From the NCBI GenBank assembly GCA_046754465.1, contig JBHHVU010000024.1:1-44967 (forward strand): DNA of 44,967 nucleotides, written 5' to 3'. Below are positions 29,846 to 40,236 of this stretch, piece by piece. The notes below the pieces were generated by a model, which saw only the letters and a program-made list of their open reading frames with translations, did not search any database and was not told where the DNA came from. A program made the position numbers and the translations under genes. Each line of letters starts with the position of its first letter. The first letter of the stretch is position 1. This DNA is from Nitrospinaceae bacterium (GTDB lineage: Bacteria > Nitrospinota > Nitrospinia > Nitrospinales > VA-1).

Positions 29846-31015
29846 ATGAATCCTTGCTCTCCACCGGCCTTCAGGGAGTGCGAGAGCCTATCGGGTGCCG
29901 GGCAATTCGTTTTGATCGCGGGTTCCGCGTTTCTGGTGGAATGTTTCGTGGTAGGGACGCTGTTCCGCGGTGAGTTGGAAGCGGGATGGGCGGCCATCGC
30001 CCACGTTGCCGTGGTGACCCTGCTCGGGCTTTGGGCCTGGCAGCTGTACCGCGGAGGGATTGGGGATCGCCTTCCGTTGCTTCTCACCTTGGGGACGGCG
30101 GTGTTGGGTCCATTGGGACCGGCGGGGGCTCTCCTGACCTTGGGGCTTTACCGTAGATTTGAAAAATCCGCCACCCCGTTTCAGGAATGGTATGACTCCC
30201 TGTTTCCTGATGCCGGAAACTCGGAATTCGACGAAACCTTCGAAAGGTTGTTGTGGGAGCAAAACCTAAATTTCCAACAGAATTCCGTCATTCCTTTCAT
30301 GGACATCCTTCATTACGGGACCCAGCGGCAAAAACAAACCATGATTGTTTTGCTGATCAAGCATTACCACGGTAAATTCGCTCCGGTTTTAAAACAGGCC
30401 TTACTGGACGAAGACAATTCGGTCCGGGTGCTCGCCGCGAAGGGGATGGCCGAAATCGAATATGATTTCATGAAGCGTTTTATCGATATCCAGCGGGGGG
30501 AAGAAGGAATACAAAGGGGTGACGCGGAATGGTTGAAAATGCTGGGCAGCCATTATGACGATTATTTGTACAGTGGCATTCTGGATGATGTGCGCGAGGA
30601 GGATTACCGGCAACGGGCGATTAAGGCGTATGAAGGTTATTTGATTCACCGGCCGGATGACTCTGATATCCGCACCCGGGTGGGAAGGATCCTCATGCGC
30701 GGAGAAAAAATCGTCGAAGCCGCCGACTGGTTCGAGGATTGCATCAACCAAGGGATCAGAAGCCCCAGCATCCTCATTTGGTATTTCGAGAGTCTGTACC
30801 TTTTGGGACAATTTCAGAAACTGCGTGAGAAAGCCGCGATTCATTACGATGAACTCGAGAATTCCGCCAAGAAGTTCCCGATAAATGTTCTGGACGCAGT
30901 CCGTGCCTGGTCCCGCCCCGATCTGGCTCCCCCGGAAGAAATCGAAGCGGACTGGGGGGTGGACGGGGACGAGCCGGAACCGGCGGATGGCGATGTGGAG
31001 ACGGAAGCTGCATGA
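29846..31015 (+). CDS. pelE: PelE-like membrane protein with HEAT and TPR repeats
   Basis: N-terminal TM helices, HEAT-like LKQALLDEDNSVRVLAA, and TPR-like C-terminus. Lies between pelD and pelF. Alternative start TTG 29825. Confidence 0.75.
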   Translation: MNPCSPPAFRECESLSGAGQFVLIAGSAFLVECFVVGTLFRGELEAGWAAIAHVAVVTLLGLWAWQLYRGGIGDRLPLLLTLGTAVLGPLGPAGALLTLGLYRRFEKSATPFQEWYDSLFPDAGNSEFDETFERLLWEQNLNFQQNSVIPFMDILHYGTQRQKQTMIVLLIKHYHGKFAPVLKQALLDEDNSVRVLAAKGMAEIEYDFMKRFIDIQRGEEGIQRGDAEWLKMLGSHYDDYLYSGILDDVREEDYRQRAIKAYEGYLIHRPDDSDIRTRVGRILMRGEKIVEAADWFEDCINQGIRSPSILIWYFESLYLLGQFQKLREKAAIHYDELENSAKKFPINVLDAVRAWSRPDLAPPEEIEADWGVDGDEPEPADGDVETEAA

Positions 31016-32520
31016 ATCCCAATCCATCACAGGCCGATGTTTGCCTGGTCCTCGAGGGGACCTATCCCTACATTGCCGGGGGGGTATCCAATTGGTCGCA
31101 TGAATTGATCCAGGCTCTTCCGGAATTGAAGTTTCATCTCCTTGCCATTGTTCCTCCTAACGCCGACTTATCCCCGCGCTACCGTTTGCCCGGTAATGTG
31201 GAGGGGATCACCCACCTCGTGCTGCAACAGTTGCCGCTTGGCCGGTCCCGCATTTCCCAGGCCAAAAAATGGTTTGCCGATCTGGAGGAACCCTTGATGC
31301 GGCTCGAGTCCCATGGAACGCTGCCCCATCTGGCCCGTATTATCGAATTGCTGGCGCCCCTCAGGAAGACCTTGGGAAGAAAGGTTTTGCTGGATTCACC
31401 CGAGGCCTGGGACCTGTTGCTCAGCATGTATCAGGCGGATTTTCCCGGAAGCTCCTTCATCGATTATTTCTGGAGTTGGCGGATGCTTGTGGGGGGGCTG
31501 TATTCGGCGCTGCTTCCGGATCTTCCCCGCGCAAGGGTCTATCATGCCGTATCCACGGGGTATGCCGGGCTCCTGGCGGCCCGGGCGAGCCTGGAAACCG
31601 GGCGGCCGGCCCTCCTCACCGAACACGGAATTTATACGAATGAGAGGCGGATTGAAATTTCAATGTCTCAATGGCTCTATGAAAAACCCTTGGGGCGGTT
31701 GAGTGTTGATAAGTTGAGTAAAGATCTCAAGGATCTCTGGATCGATACTTTTAACAATTATTCGCGGATATGCTACGAGGCCTGCAGCAAGATCATCACC
31801 ATCTTCGAGGGAAACCAGAAGTTCCAGACGGAAGATGGAGCGGACCCCGGAAAACTCGATCTCATCCCGAATGGAATCGATTATGCCAAGTTTTCCAAAA
31901 TTCAAAGAAAAAAATCCGCGCGACCCACCATTGCCTTGATCGGCCGAGTGGTTCCCATAAAGGATATCATCACCTTCATCCGGGCCTGCTCCATTTTGCA
32001 GAAGAAAGTTCCGGACCTTCAAGCCTACATCATGGGTCCCATGGACGAGGACGAGGTTTATTTCAAGGAATGCCAGGAAACCATCAACTATCTGGGATTG
32101 CAGAATACGATCTCCTTCACGGGACGGGTCAAACTGGAGGATAAACTGGGTGGCATCGATGTGATAGTCCTTACCAGCATCAGCGAGGGGCAACCACTGG
32201 TGATTCTCGAGGCGGGAGCCGTCGGAATTCCCAGCGTCGCCACCAATGTGGGCGCTTGTTCTGAATTGATCCTGGGAAATGCCCTCGAATCGCCGTCATT
32301 GGGACCCGCCGGCTCGGTAACCCCCCTTTCGAATCCGGCGGCCACGGCAAGTGCCATCGCCCAACTTTTGACCGATGAGGGATGGTACCGGCAGTGCAGT
32401 GACACGTGCCGGGAACGGGTTCGCCTTTACTATAACAAGGGGGATCTCACCGATCGTTATCGGGAACTTTATCAAAACTATTTGCGCGCGCCTGAGTTGT
32501 CCCAGGCGGTGGAGGTCTGA
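31012..32520 (+). CDS. pelF: GT4 glycosyltransferase PelF
   Basis: DVCLVLEGTYPYIAGGVSNW, YHAVSTGYAG, LTEHGIYTNER, GRVVPIKD and LTSISEGQPLVILEA motifs. Confidence 0.95.
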   Translation: MNPNPSQADVCLVLEGTYPYIAGGVSNWSHELIQALPELKFHLLAIVPPNADLSPRYRLPGNVEGITHLVLQQLPLGRSRISQAKKWFADLEEPLMRLESHGTLPHLARIIELLAPLRKTLGRKVLLDSPEAWDLLLSMYQADFPGSSFIDYFWSWRMLVGGLYSALLPDLPRARVYHAVSTGYAGLLAARASLETGRPALLTEHGIYTNERRIEISMSQWLYEKPLGRLSVDKLSKDLKDLWIDTFNNYSRICYEACSKIITIFEGNQKFQTEDGADPGKLDLIPNGIDYAKFSKIQRKKSARPTIALIGRVVPIKDIITFIRACSILQKKVPDLQAYIMGPMDEDEVYFKECQETINYLGLQNTISFTGRVKLEDKLGGIDVIVLTSISEGQPLVILEAGAVGIPSVATNVGACSELILGNALESPSLGPAGSVTPLSNPAATASAIAQLLTDEGWYRQCSDTCRERVRLYYNKGDLTDRYRELYQNYLRAPELSQAVEV

Positions 32521-32525
32521 CGGCG

Positions 32526-33905
32526 ATGGCGGGTATCGGTTTTGTTTTGCGCAAGTTGGTGCGTCAGGATAACCTGACGAGTATTTTCAGCGGCTACCTG
32601 TTCTCTGCCTTGATCACCACCGGACCCTGGCTGTTCACCATCCTGGCGCTGGGGGGCATCGGGTTATTCGGGGAAAAGTTTTCCACCCTTCAGGAGATGG
32701 CTGTCTTCCGGCTGGTCATCATTTATAATTTTTCCTTTTCCCTGGTTCTTGCCGGGCCGTTGACCATGGTGGTCACCCGTTATATTTCCGACAAAATCTA
32801 TCTGAAGGATGTCCGGGAGGTTCCGGGGACCTTGTTTGGTTCCCTGGGGATATTATATGCCGTGCAGGTCCCCCTGGTTTTTTTCTTTTACCTGGGTTAT
32901 GTGGATTTGAGGGATGAAATCGCGTTGGCGGCCATCGTCAATTATTTTCTCATCAGCGGCATCTGGATGGTCAGTGTATTTTTGAGCGCGTTGAAAGACT
33001 ACGGCACCATCAGCGCCACTTTCGCCGTAGGAATGGTTACCGCCTTTCTGGGGGCGATTTACCTGGCACAGGGGCATCCTCATGAGGGGATATTGTGGGG
33101 ATTCAACATCGGTCTGGGAATCATTCTGTTCTCGCTGATCGCCCGGATCATGGCGGAATACCCTTACCGGAATAACGGGATCTTCGGGTTCGTGAGCAGT
33201 ATCAAACAATATTGGGACCTGGCCTTGTGCGGGTTTTGTTATAATTTGGGGATCTGGGTGGACAAATGGATCATGTGGTTTTCCCCGGCGGCCCAGGAGC
33301 TTAAAGTTGGTTTCATTTCTTATCCCCATTATGATACGGCCATGTTCCTCGCCTATCTCACCATCATCCCTTCCATGGCAATATTTTTTTTGAATATAGA
33401 AACCAATTTTTATGAGGTTTACCGTCGGTTTTTTCAGGATATCCAGGGTCACGCCACCTTCGAGAAAATTACGAAAAACCAGAAAGCGATCACCCGGAAT
33501 CTCTTGGAAAGTTCCCGCAACCTGATATTCTTCCAGGGGATCATCTCCTTCCTGGCCATTTTTCTGGCCCCGGAATTATTTGAGGTGTTCAATATAAATT
33601 ATCTCCTGCTGGGGATGTTTCGAATCGGCGTGCTGGGCTCGTTTTTCCAGGTTCTCTCGATGTTCATGTTAATCATTCTTTTTTATTTTGATTTCCGTAA
33701 AATAGCCCTGACCCTGGTTCTGTTGATGCTGGGCACCAATGGCCTGTTCACCTATGTTGGCATGAATATGGGATTTGCTTATTACGGCTACGGATATTTC
33801 ATCGCTTCCATCCTTACTTTTGCCTTTACCTATTGTATTACCTTTTACTATATTGATAAGTTGCCCTACCGGGCTTTCGTGAAAAATAATTCGTCGATCC
33901 AATGA
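32526..33905 (+). CDS. pelG: Exopolysaccharide Pel transporter PelG
   Basis: MAGIGFVLRK start, GPWL, TRYISD, YNLGIWVDKWIMW, YD.AMFLAYL.IIP, ETNFY and YYGYGY motifs. About 12 TM segments. Confidence 0.95.
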   Translation: MAGIGFVLRKLVRQDNLTSIFSGYLFSALITTGPWLFTILALGGIGLFGEKFSTLQEMAVFRLVIIYNFSFSLVLAGPLTMVVTRYISDKIYLKDVREVPGTLFGSLGILYAVQVPLVFFFYLGYVDLRDEIALAAIVNYFLISGIWMVSVFLSALKDYGTISATFAVGMVTAFLGAIYLAQGHPHEGILWGFNIGLGIILFSLIARIMAEYPYRNNGIFGFVSSIKQYWDLALCGFCYNLGIWVDKWIMWFSPAAQELKVGFISYPHYDTAMFLAYLTIIPSMAIFFLNIETNFYEVYRRFFQDIQGHATFEKITKNQKAITRNLLESSRNLIFFQGIISFLAIFLAPELFEVFNINYLLLGMFRIGVLGSFFQVLSMFMLIILFYFDFRKIALTLVLLMLGTNGLFTYVGMNMGFAYYGYGYFIASILTFAFTYCITFYYIDKLPYRAFVKNNSSIQ

Positions 33906-34031
33906 GGACCCGCCGGACAAGGAAGCCGGCCCCATGGAAAATCACGGGGACCCCAAAACGGCAACAGGTTGCGGGCCGTTCGTATGGATTCATGAATACG
34001 GGATGGTCCTTTCATTAATTAACAATGAGGC

Positions 34032-34961
34032 GTGGGAATGAATATTTTAGTGACCGGGGGGGCTGGATTTATCGGATCGCATATCGTGGATGCCTATGTT
34101 GAATTGGGTCACCGGGTGGTCGTCCTGGACAATCTGTCGTCCGGGAAAAAGGAGCGCCTGAACCCCGACGCTGTCTTTTACGAGTTGGATTTGCTGGATC
34201 CCGGAGTCGAGAAAATTTTCGGGGAGGAAAAAATTGAAGCGGTCAATCACCACGCCGCGCAAATTTCCGTGACGGAATCGGTCGCCGATCCCATTTACGA
34301 CGCGCGAGTAAACATTCTGGGAAGTCTCCACCTGCTGAAATACGCCGCCGCCGCGGGGGTCCCGAAGTTCATTTTCGCGTCCACCGGGGGAGCGATCTAT
34401 GGGGAGCAGGAAACCTTCCCCGCCGGTGAATCGCATCCCTGCCGGCCCTTGAGCCCCTATGGTATCGGCAAGTTCTGCGTCGAAAATTATTTGAGATTTT
34501 ACCGGGAAACCCTGGGCCTGGAAACGGTTGTCCTGCGCTATAGCAATGTCTATGGACCCCGGCAGGATCCTTATGGTGAGGCGGGGGTGGTCGCTATCTT
34601 CTGTCAAAAATTCCTCGAAAATAAACCTCCCGTCATTTTCGGAGATGGCGAACAAACCCGGGACTTCATTTCAGTGTTTGATGTGGTCCGGGCCAACACC
34701 ACGGTCCTGACGGAATCTATTCTGGGGACGTACAATATCAGCACGGCAAAGGAGACCACGGTGAATGCCTTGAGCCGGCATTTGATCCGCTTGTGCGGAC
34801 AGGATCTGGAAGCCCAGTATGCCCCGCCCCGAGAGGGGGAACAGATGAGAAGCGTTATCGATTCCCGCAAATTTCAACAGGAATCCGGCTGGGTTCCTGC
34901 CGATTCCCTGGAAGAAGGGCTCCAGAAAACTTTCGATTATTTTTCCAGTCAAAAAGTTTGA
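34032..34961 (+). CDS. UDP-Glc(NAc) C4-epimerase, PelX/GalE-like SDR
   Basis: TGGAGFIGSH, STGGAIYG, SPYGIGK (YxxxK), RYSNVYGPRQ and GDGEQTRDF motifs. Directly after pelG. Confidence 0.9.
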   Translation: MGMNILVTGGAGFIGSHIVDAYVELGHRVVVLDNLSSGKKERLNPDAVFYELDLLDPGVEKIFGEEKIEAVNHHAAQISVTESVADPIYDARVNILGSLHLLKYAAAAGVPKFIFASTGGAIYGEQETFPAGESHPCRPLSPYGIGKFCVENYLRFYRETLGLETVVLRYSNVYGPRQDPYGEAGVVAIFCQKFLENKPPVIFGDGEQTRDFISVFDVVRANTTVLTESILGTYNISTAKETTVNALSRHLIRLCGQDLEAQYAPPREGEQMRSVIDSRKFQQESGWVPADSLEEGLQKTFDYFSSQKV

Positions 34962-35123
34962 CCGGGCGACTGCCGGCGGTTCCCCTTTTCCGGGGAAAAG
35001 GGACTGTATGGAATGGAGAACTCAACCGTAATGATTTCTGATATATTTGGAAGGAATGGGGAGGTGCGTCTTTTGAGGAAATTGAGATCCCCAAGGTATG
35101 CTTCCTGGATCTAACCGGCGGCG

Positions 35124-36164
35124 GTGGAGGGTATGAAAAAAGCGTTTCGATTATTCTGCGCAGGGGGTATCTTCCTGGCCGTGGTTGTGCTCCCGGGAAT
35201 TGCTTCCAACCTCATGGGTAAAGAGCGGGTTGGAAATATAAGTTGGCTGTATCAGTTGCAGGGGTTGAACATTCCTTCCGTTGCCCGTTCCGGATTCCCC
35301 CTGGTCGTCATGGATTACTCCATCAATGGTTTGGGGGTTAAACCCTTTTCCCGCAAAGCCATCCAGCAGCTTATCGATACCCATATCGTTCCCCTCGTTT
35401 ATCTCTCTATTGGGGAAGCGGAAAATTACAGGTTTTACTGGAATAAAAACTGGGTCGACCCGAAAAATCCCAATCAGTTGACTTCCGAGGCTCCGGGCTG
35501 GCTGGGACACACCAATCCCGACTGGGAAGGGAATTATAAGGTCCGGTATTGGGACCCGGACTGGCGGGATCATTATCTCAAACCCTACCTGGACACAATT
35601 TTGGAGCAGGGGTTCATGGGGGTCTACCTGGATATAGTGGATGCTTTCGAGTATTGGGCCGACCCCGGCATTTACCGGGAGAAAACCGAGATCCGCTCGG
35701 AAAAAGACCCGGCGGGAAAAGAAGGGGAAGCCGCGCGCAGGATGATCGCACTGGTCAAGTGGATCGCCCGCTACTGCCGGACTCACAGTTCTTATGGAAA
35801 GGATTTTCTCGTCTTCCCTCAAAATGGGGAGCGTATTCTTTTATACGACCGCGACAGTTCATATTTGGACACCGTTTCGGGAATAGGGGTGGAAAGCACC
35901 TGGTATGGAAAGACTGTGCGGCTGTCGAGCAATGTGGTGAACGAAAGGTTGAGGCTCCTGAATAAATTTACCCGAAAGGGAAAACAGGTCTTATCCGTGG
36001 ACTATGTGGACAGCGGCAATCATAAAAGCAAATCCAATTTGAGGCGCATCCGAAAATATATTTCCAAATGCCAAACCAGGGGATTCCGCTGTTATGCCGC
36101 CCGCGTCGATGCGGAACTCAAAGATATCAATGCAATACGGGGAATACAGCCTCTGGATCCATGA
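35124..36164 (+). CDS. Exported MJ1477/TM1410-family (GH114/GH166-like) glycoside hydrolase, putative alpha-1,4-(N-acetyl)galactosaminidase
   Basis: WLYQLQ, VVMDYS, YLSIGEAENYRFYW, NPDWEGNYKVRYW, GVYLDIVDAF, PQNG, GVES and VLSVDY motifs, with a hydrophobic N-terminus. Confidence 0.85.
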   Translation: MEGMKKAFRLFCAGGIFLAVVVLPGIASNLMGKERVGNISWLYQLQGLNIPSVARSGFPLVVMDYSINGLGVKPFSRKAIQQLIDTHIVPLVYLSIGEAENYRFYWNKNWVDPKNPNQLTSEAPGWLGHTNPDWEGNYKVRYWDPDWRDHYLKPYLDTILEQGFMGVYLDIVDAFEYWADPGIYREKTEIRSEKDPAGKEGEAARRMIALVKWIARYCRTHSSYGKDFLVFPQNGERILLYDRDSSYLDTVSGIGVESTWYGKTVRLSSNVVNERLRLLNKFTRKGKQVLSVDYVDSGNHKSKSNLRRIRKYISKCQTRGFRCYAARVDAELKDINAIRGIQPLDP

Positions 36165-36203
36165 CCGGGGTCAGAACTAGTTTTCAGGATTCGGGAATAT
36201 CCC

Positions 36204-36233
36204 TTGACAAGCTTTTTGGGGGTTGGGTAATAT
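36204..36233 (+). promoter_or_regulatory. Putative sigma70 promoter of the CDP-sugar operon
   Basis: TTGACA-N18-TAATAT, about 310 nt before rfbF. Confidence 0.55.
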
Positions 36234-36544
36234 TTCTGGAATTGTAAATCTGAAAAAGACCCCCTCATTTCCCGCGATGACAGGTGCGGTTTTGTGATTA
36301 GAAAGCTCTATTCAATGTAAATATGGAAGGTCCCTCCGTTTCACTGGCGGATCCTCCATTGCCATTAATCATTTCCATTCGCTCTGACAGACAAACCATC
36401 CGGGAGCAATTTCAGAAAGTTTTGGCTTGATTCCTGTGGGAAAGGCGGCGGGCTGGAAATGAGTCTGCGGGAAGGAAATGGAATTGGGGAATCCTTAAGA
36501 CCCGGCAATGGGTCCCGGTTCATTATCTTTGAAGGGAAAAAGGA

Positions 36545-37312
36545 ATGAAAGCAGTCATTTTAGCGGGAGGCTTGGGGACCCGGATTAGTGAGGAAACCGC
36601 CCTCAAACCCAAACCCATGGTAGAAGTCGGGGGAAAACCCATCCTCTGGCATATCATGAAAATTTACACTTCCCACGGCATCAATGATTTCATCATTTGT
36701 CTGGGTTACAAGGGTTATGTGATCAAGGAATATTTTGCCAATTACTTCCTGCATACGTCCGATGTGACCTTCGATATGGTCCGGAACAAGATGAAGGTGC
36801 ATCAAAACAGCTCCGAGCCCTGGACCGTCACCTTGGTGGATACGGGAACGGAAACCCAGACGGGAGGAAGAGTCAAGCGGGTGAAGGATTATATTGGCGA
36901 CGAAACCTTCTGCCTCACTTATGGGGATGGGATCGGCAAAATGGATATTTCCGGGGCCATCGCGTTTCATAAAAAATCGGGAAAACTGGCCACCTTGACC
37001 GGAGTGCTGCCCCCTGGCCGGTTTGGCGTCTTAAAGTTGGAGGGCGACCTCGTCACCACTTTCATGGAAAAGCCTTTTGGCGAGGGGGGGTGGGTTAATG
37101 GCGGGTTTTTTGTCCTGGAACCTGGCGTGATCGATTTGATCGATGGGGATGATACCATTTGGGAGCGTGAGCCCATGCAGCGTTTGGTCGCGAAGAAAGA
37201 GGTTGCCGTTTTTAAACACCACGATTTTTGGCATGGGATCGATACGCTGCGGGATAAGAATGTCGTCGACAAACTTTGGGCTTCTGGAAAGGCTCCCTGG
37301 AAAACCTGGTGA
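36545..37312 (+). CDS. rfbF: Glucose-1-phosphate cytidylyltransferase
   Basis: MKAVILAGGLGTRISEET..KPKPMVEVG, TGGR, LTYGDG, NGGFFV, DTLRDK and APWKTW motifs. Confidence 0.96.
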   Translation: MKAVILAGGLGTRISEETALKPKPMVEVGGKPILWHIMKIYTSHGINDFIICLGYKGYVIKEYFANYFLHTSDVTFDMVRNKMKVHQNSSEPWTVTLVDTGTETQTGGRVKRVKDYIGDETFCLTYGDGIGKMDISGAIAFHKKSGKLATLTGVLPPGRFGVLKLEGDLVTTFMEKPFGEGGWVNGGFFVLEPGVIDLIDGDDTIWEREPMQRLVAKKEVAVFKHHDFWHGIDTLRDKNVVDKLWASGKAPWKTW

Positions 37313-37317
37313 ATGAA

Positions 37318-38517
37318 ATGACCGGGACGGATTTTCTCATTATTGGCGGGGGAGTCATTGGCATCAATATCGCCCGCGAGTTGAAAAAAAGGGAACCGGA
37401 AGCCCGGGTGGTGGTGGTGGAAAAAGAACCGGATTGCGGGTTTCATGCCAGCGGACGAAACAGCGGTGTGTTGCATGCGGGGTTTTATTATTCCGCCGAT
37501 TCCCTGAAAGCCAGGTTCACCCGAATCGGCAATCAATTGTTGACCGAGTATTGTGAACAAAAAAACATCCGGATCAATAAATGTGGAAAACTGGTTGTCG
37601 CGAAAAACGAGGGGGAACTGGCTTCCCTGGATGAACTCGTAAAAAGGGGGAAGAAAAATCGAATTCGGCTGGAGGAAATCACCGAAAAGGAGGCCCGGGA
37701 AATTGAACCCCGGGTAAAAACCCACGAACGAGCCTTGTTTTCCCCGACCACCTCTTCGGTGGATCCCCTGGAGGTGTTGCAGGCCATGAAACAGGACGCC
37801 CTCCAGGAAGGCATCCGTGTGGAAACCGGCGTCCGCTACCTCAAACGCGAGGGCAAAAAGGTGGTCACTTCCTCCGGGGATTATGAAGCCCGGTACGTGG
37901 TGAACTCGGCCGGATTGTACGCCGACCAGATTGCGCAGGATTTTGGTTTTTCCAGGAAATACCGGATTTTACCGTTCAAGGGGCTTTACCTTTATTCCAG
38001 TGATCCGAAGGGATCGGTCCGCACCAATATCTACCCGGTGCCCGATTTGAGAAACCCCTTCCTGGGCGTCCATTACACATTAACGGTGGATGGCCGGGTC
38101 AAAATTGGCCCCACCGCGATTCCCGCTTTCTGGCGGGAACAGTATTCTGGCGTGGATAATTTTTATCTGTCGGAATTCATCGAGATCATTTTTCGGCAAC
38201 TGGGGTTGTTCACCAGTTCCAACTTCGATTTCAAAAAGCTGGCTTACGAAGAAATCCGGAAATATTCCAAATCCAGGATGGTATCACTGGCCTCATCCCT
38301 GATGCGCGATGTCAAAAGATCCAGTTACAGAAAATGGGGGAAACCGGGGATCCGGGCGCAGTTGCTCAACATCCGGGATAAAAAACTGGAGATGGATTTT
38401 GTTCTTGAAGGGGACCACGAGTCGCTGCATGTTCTCAACGCCGTGTCCCCGGCGTTCACCTGTTCCATTCCTTTTTCGCGCTATGTTTGTGATGAAATTC
38501 ACCGTCTTTCAAATTGA
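37318..38517 (+). CDS. lhgO: FAD-dependent oxidoreductase, L-2-hydroxyglutarate oxidase (LhgO) family
   Basis: IIGGGVIG, SGRNSGVLHAGFYY..SLKA, IYPVPD..PFLGVH, GIRAQ and HVLNAVSPAFT motifs. Alternative start GTG 37309. Confidence 0.88.
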   Translation: MTGTDFLIIGGGVIGINIARELKKREPEARVVVVEKEPDCGFHASGRNSGVLHAGFYYSADSLKARFTRIGNQLLTEYCEQKNIRINKCGKLVVAKNEGELASLDELVKRGKKNRIRLEEITEKEAREIEPRVKTHERALFSPTTSSVDPLEVLQAMKQDALQEGIRVETGVRYLKREGKKVVTSSGDYEARYVVNSAGLYADQIAQDFGFSRKYRILPFKGLYLYSSDPKGSVRTNIYPVPDLRNPFLGVHYTLTVDGRVKIGPTAIPAFWREQYSGVDNFYLSEFIEIIFRQLGLFTSSNFDFKKLAYEEIRKYSKSRMVSLASSLMRDVKRSSYRKWGKPGIRAQLLNIRDKKLEMDFVLEGDHESLHVLNAVSPAFTCSIPFSRYVCDEIHRLSN

Positions 38518-38526
38518 GGAGAAACC

Positions 38527-39600
38527 ATGCGGATCTTGATCACGGGCAATATGGGTTATATCGGGCCGAGCGTGGTCCAACGGTTGCGGGCCACTTATCC
38601 CGGCGCGACTCTGATGGGATACGATATGGGTTATTTCGCCCAATGCTTGACGCATGCCGCCTACCTTCCGGAGTGCCGGGTTGACGTGCAGCACTTTGGG
38701 GATGTGCGGAATTTTCCCGAGGATCTGCTTCCTGGGGTGGATGCGGTGGTTCATCTCGCGGCGATTTCCAATGACCCCATGGGAAAAGCCTACGAGGAGA
38801 TCACCCTCGATGTCAATTACCGGTCGAGCGTGCGCATCGCCGAGATGGCCAAAGCGGCCGGGGTTGGAGCCTTTGTGTTCGCTTCGAGCTGCAGTGTCTA
38901 TGGCGCCGCCGGGGAGGGACCCCGCACGGAGGATTCTCCGGTCAACCCCCTGACCGCGTATGCGAAATCCAAGGTCTTCACCGAAAACGGCCTGAAACCT
39001 CTCGCCGATAAGAATTTCAAGGTGACCGCGCTGCGGTTTTCCACCGCCTGCGGAATGAGCGAAAGGCTGAGGCTGGACCTCGTGGTCAACGATTTTGTCG
39101 CCTCGGCGGTGGCGACGAAAAAGATCGTCATTTTGAGCGATGGCACCCCCTGGAGACCCCTCATCAATATCAAGGATATGGCCCGGGCCATGGATTGGGC
39201 CATCCTCCGCGATCCGGCCGAGGGCGGCGACTTTCTAGCCGTGAATATCGGGAGCAAGGAATGGAATTACCAGATCCGCGACCTGGCCGAGGCCGTGGCC
39301 CGGGTCATTCCCGGCACCGAAGTCTCGATCAATCCCGATGCCCAGCCCGACAAACGATCCTATCAAGTGGATTTCAGTCTGTTCAACCGGCTGGCTCCCG
39401 GCCATCAGGTTCAGTATGATCTCCTGACCACGGTGACGGACCTGAAGGAGGGATTGGAAGCCATGGAATTCAACGATCCCGATTTCCGGGACTCTCCCTT
39501 CATGCGATTGAAGATGTTGTCGAAATTGGAATCTTCGGGATGCCTGGGCCCGGACCTGGAATGGAAGTTCGATCGGCGCCGCGTTTCGGCCGCGCTTTGA
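38527..39600 (+). CDS. NAD-dependent nucleotide-sugar epimerase/dehydratase (extended SDR)
   Basis: TGNMGYIG, HLAAISNDP, SSCSVYG, YAKSK and RLRLDLVVN motifs. Confidence 0.92.
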   Translation: MRILITGNMGYIGPSVVQRLRATYPGATLMGYDMGYFAQCLTHAAYLPECRVDVQHFGDVRNFPEDLLPGVDAVVHLAAISNDPMGKAYEEITLDVNYRSSVRIAEMAKAAGVGAFVFASSCSVYGAAGEGPRTEDSPVNPLTAYAKSKVFTENGLKPLADKNFKVTALRFSTACGMSERLRLDLVVNDFVASAVATKKIVILSDGTPWRPLINIKDMARAMDWAILRDPAEGGDFLAVNIGSKEWNYQIRDLAEAVARVIPGTEVSINPDAQPDKRSYQVDFSLFNRLAPGHQVQYDLLTTVTDLKEGLEAMEFNDPDFRDSPFMRLKMLSKLESSGCLGPDLEWKFDRRRVSAAL

Positions 39601-39675
39601 AAGGAAGACCGATTTGTTAAAGCCGGACCGGTTTTATATCAAGGTTGCCATTGGCAACCCTCCTTCGGAGATCAT

Positions 39676-40209
39676 ATGATTTTTTGCAAAACCCCGTTGG
39701 CGGATGCATGGGTCATCGACCTGGAGAAACATGAGGATGAAAGAGGGTTTTTCGCCCGCGCCTGGTGCCGGAAAGAATTTGAAGAAAACGGTCTGGACCC
39801 GCAACTGGTGCAGGCCAATCTTTCCTATAATAAAATAAAGGGCACCCTGAGAGGCATGCATTACCAGGCCGCGCCTCATCAGGAAATCAAACTGATGCGC
39901 TGTATCCGCGGCGCTTTGTATGATGTTATCATCGACGTGCGGCCCCAATCGCCGACCTACAAGCAAACCTTTGGCGTGGAACTGACGGCGGACAACCGGA
40001 AGATGCTTTATGTGCCCAAGGGGTTCGCGCATGGGTTTCAGACGCTAGCGGATCATACCGAGGCGTTTTACCTGGTATCGGAATTTTATGCTCCGGGATC
40101 GGAGCGGGGCATCCGTTGGAACGATCCGGCTTTCGGCATCCAATGGCCCCGAACCGATGGGATGGTGGTTTCCGAAAAGGACAGGAATTGGCCGGACTTT
40201 CAAGATTGA
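39676..40209 (+). CDS. rfbC: NDP-4-keto-sugar 3,5-epimerase (RmlC/RfbC cupin family)
   Basis: DERGFFAR, GTLRGMHYQ, DVRP.SPTY, YVPKGFAHGFQTL and RWNDP motifs. Confidence 0.93.
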   Translation: MIFCKTPLADAWVIDLEKHEDERGFFARAWCRKEFEENGLDPQLVQANLSYNKIKGTLRGMHYQAAPHQEIKLMRCIRGALYDVIIDVRPQSPTYKQTFGVELTADNRKMLYVPKGFAHGFQTLADHTEAFYLVSEFYAPGSERGIRWNDPAFGIQWPRTDGMVVSEKDRNWPDFQD

Positions 40210-40236
40210 TTTCTAATAAATTCATTCGGATGAATC

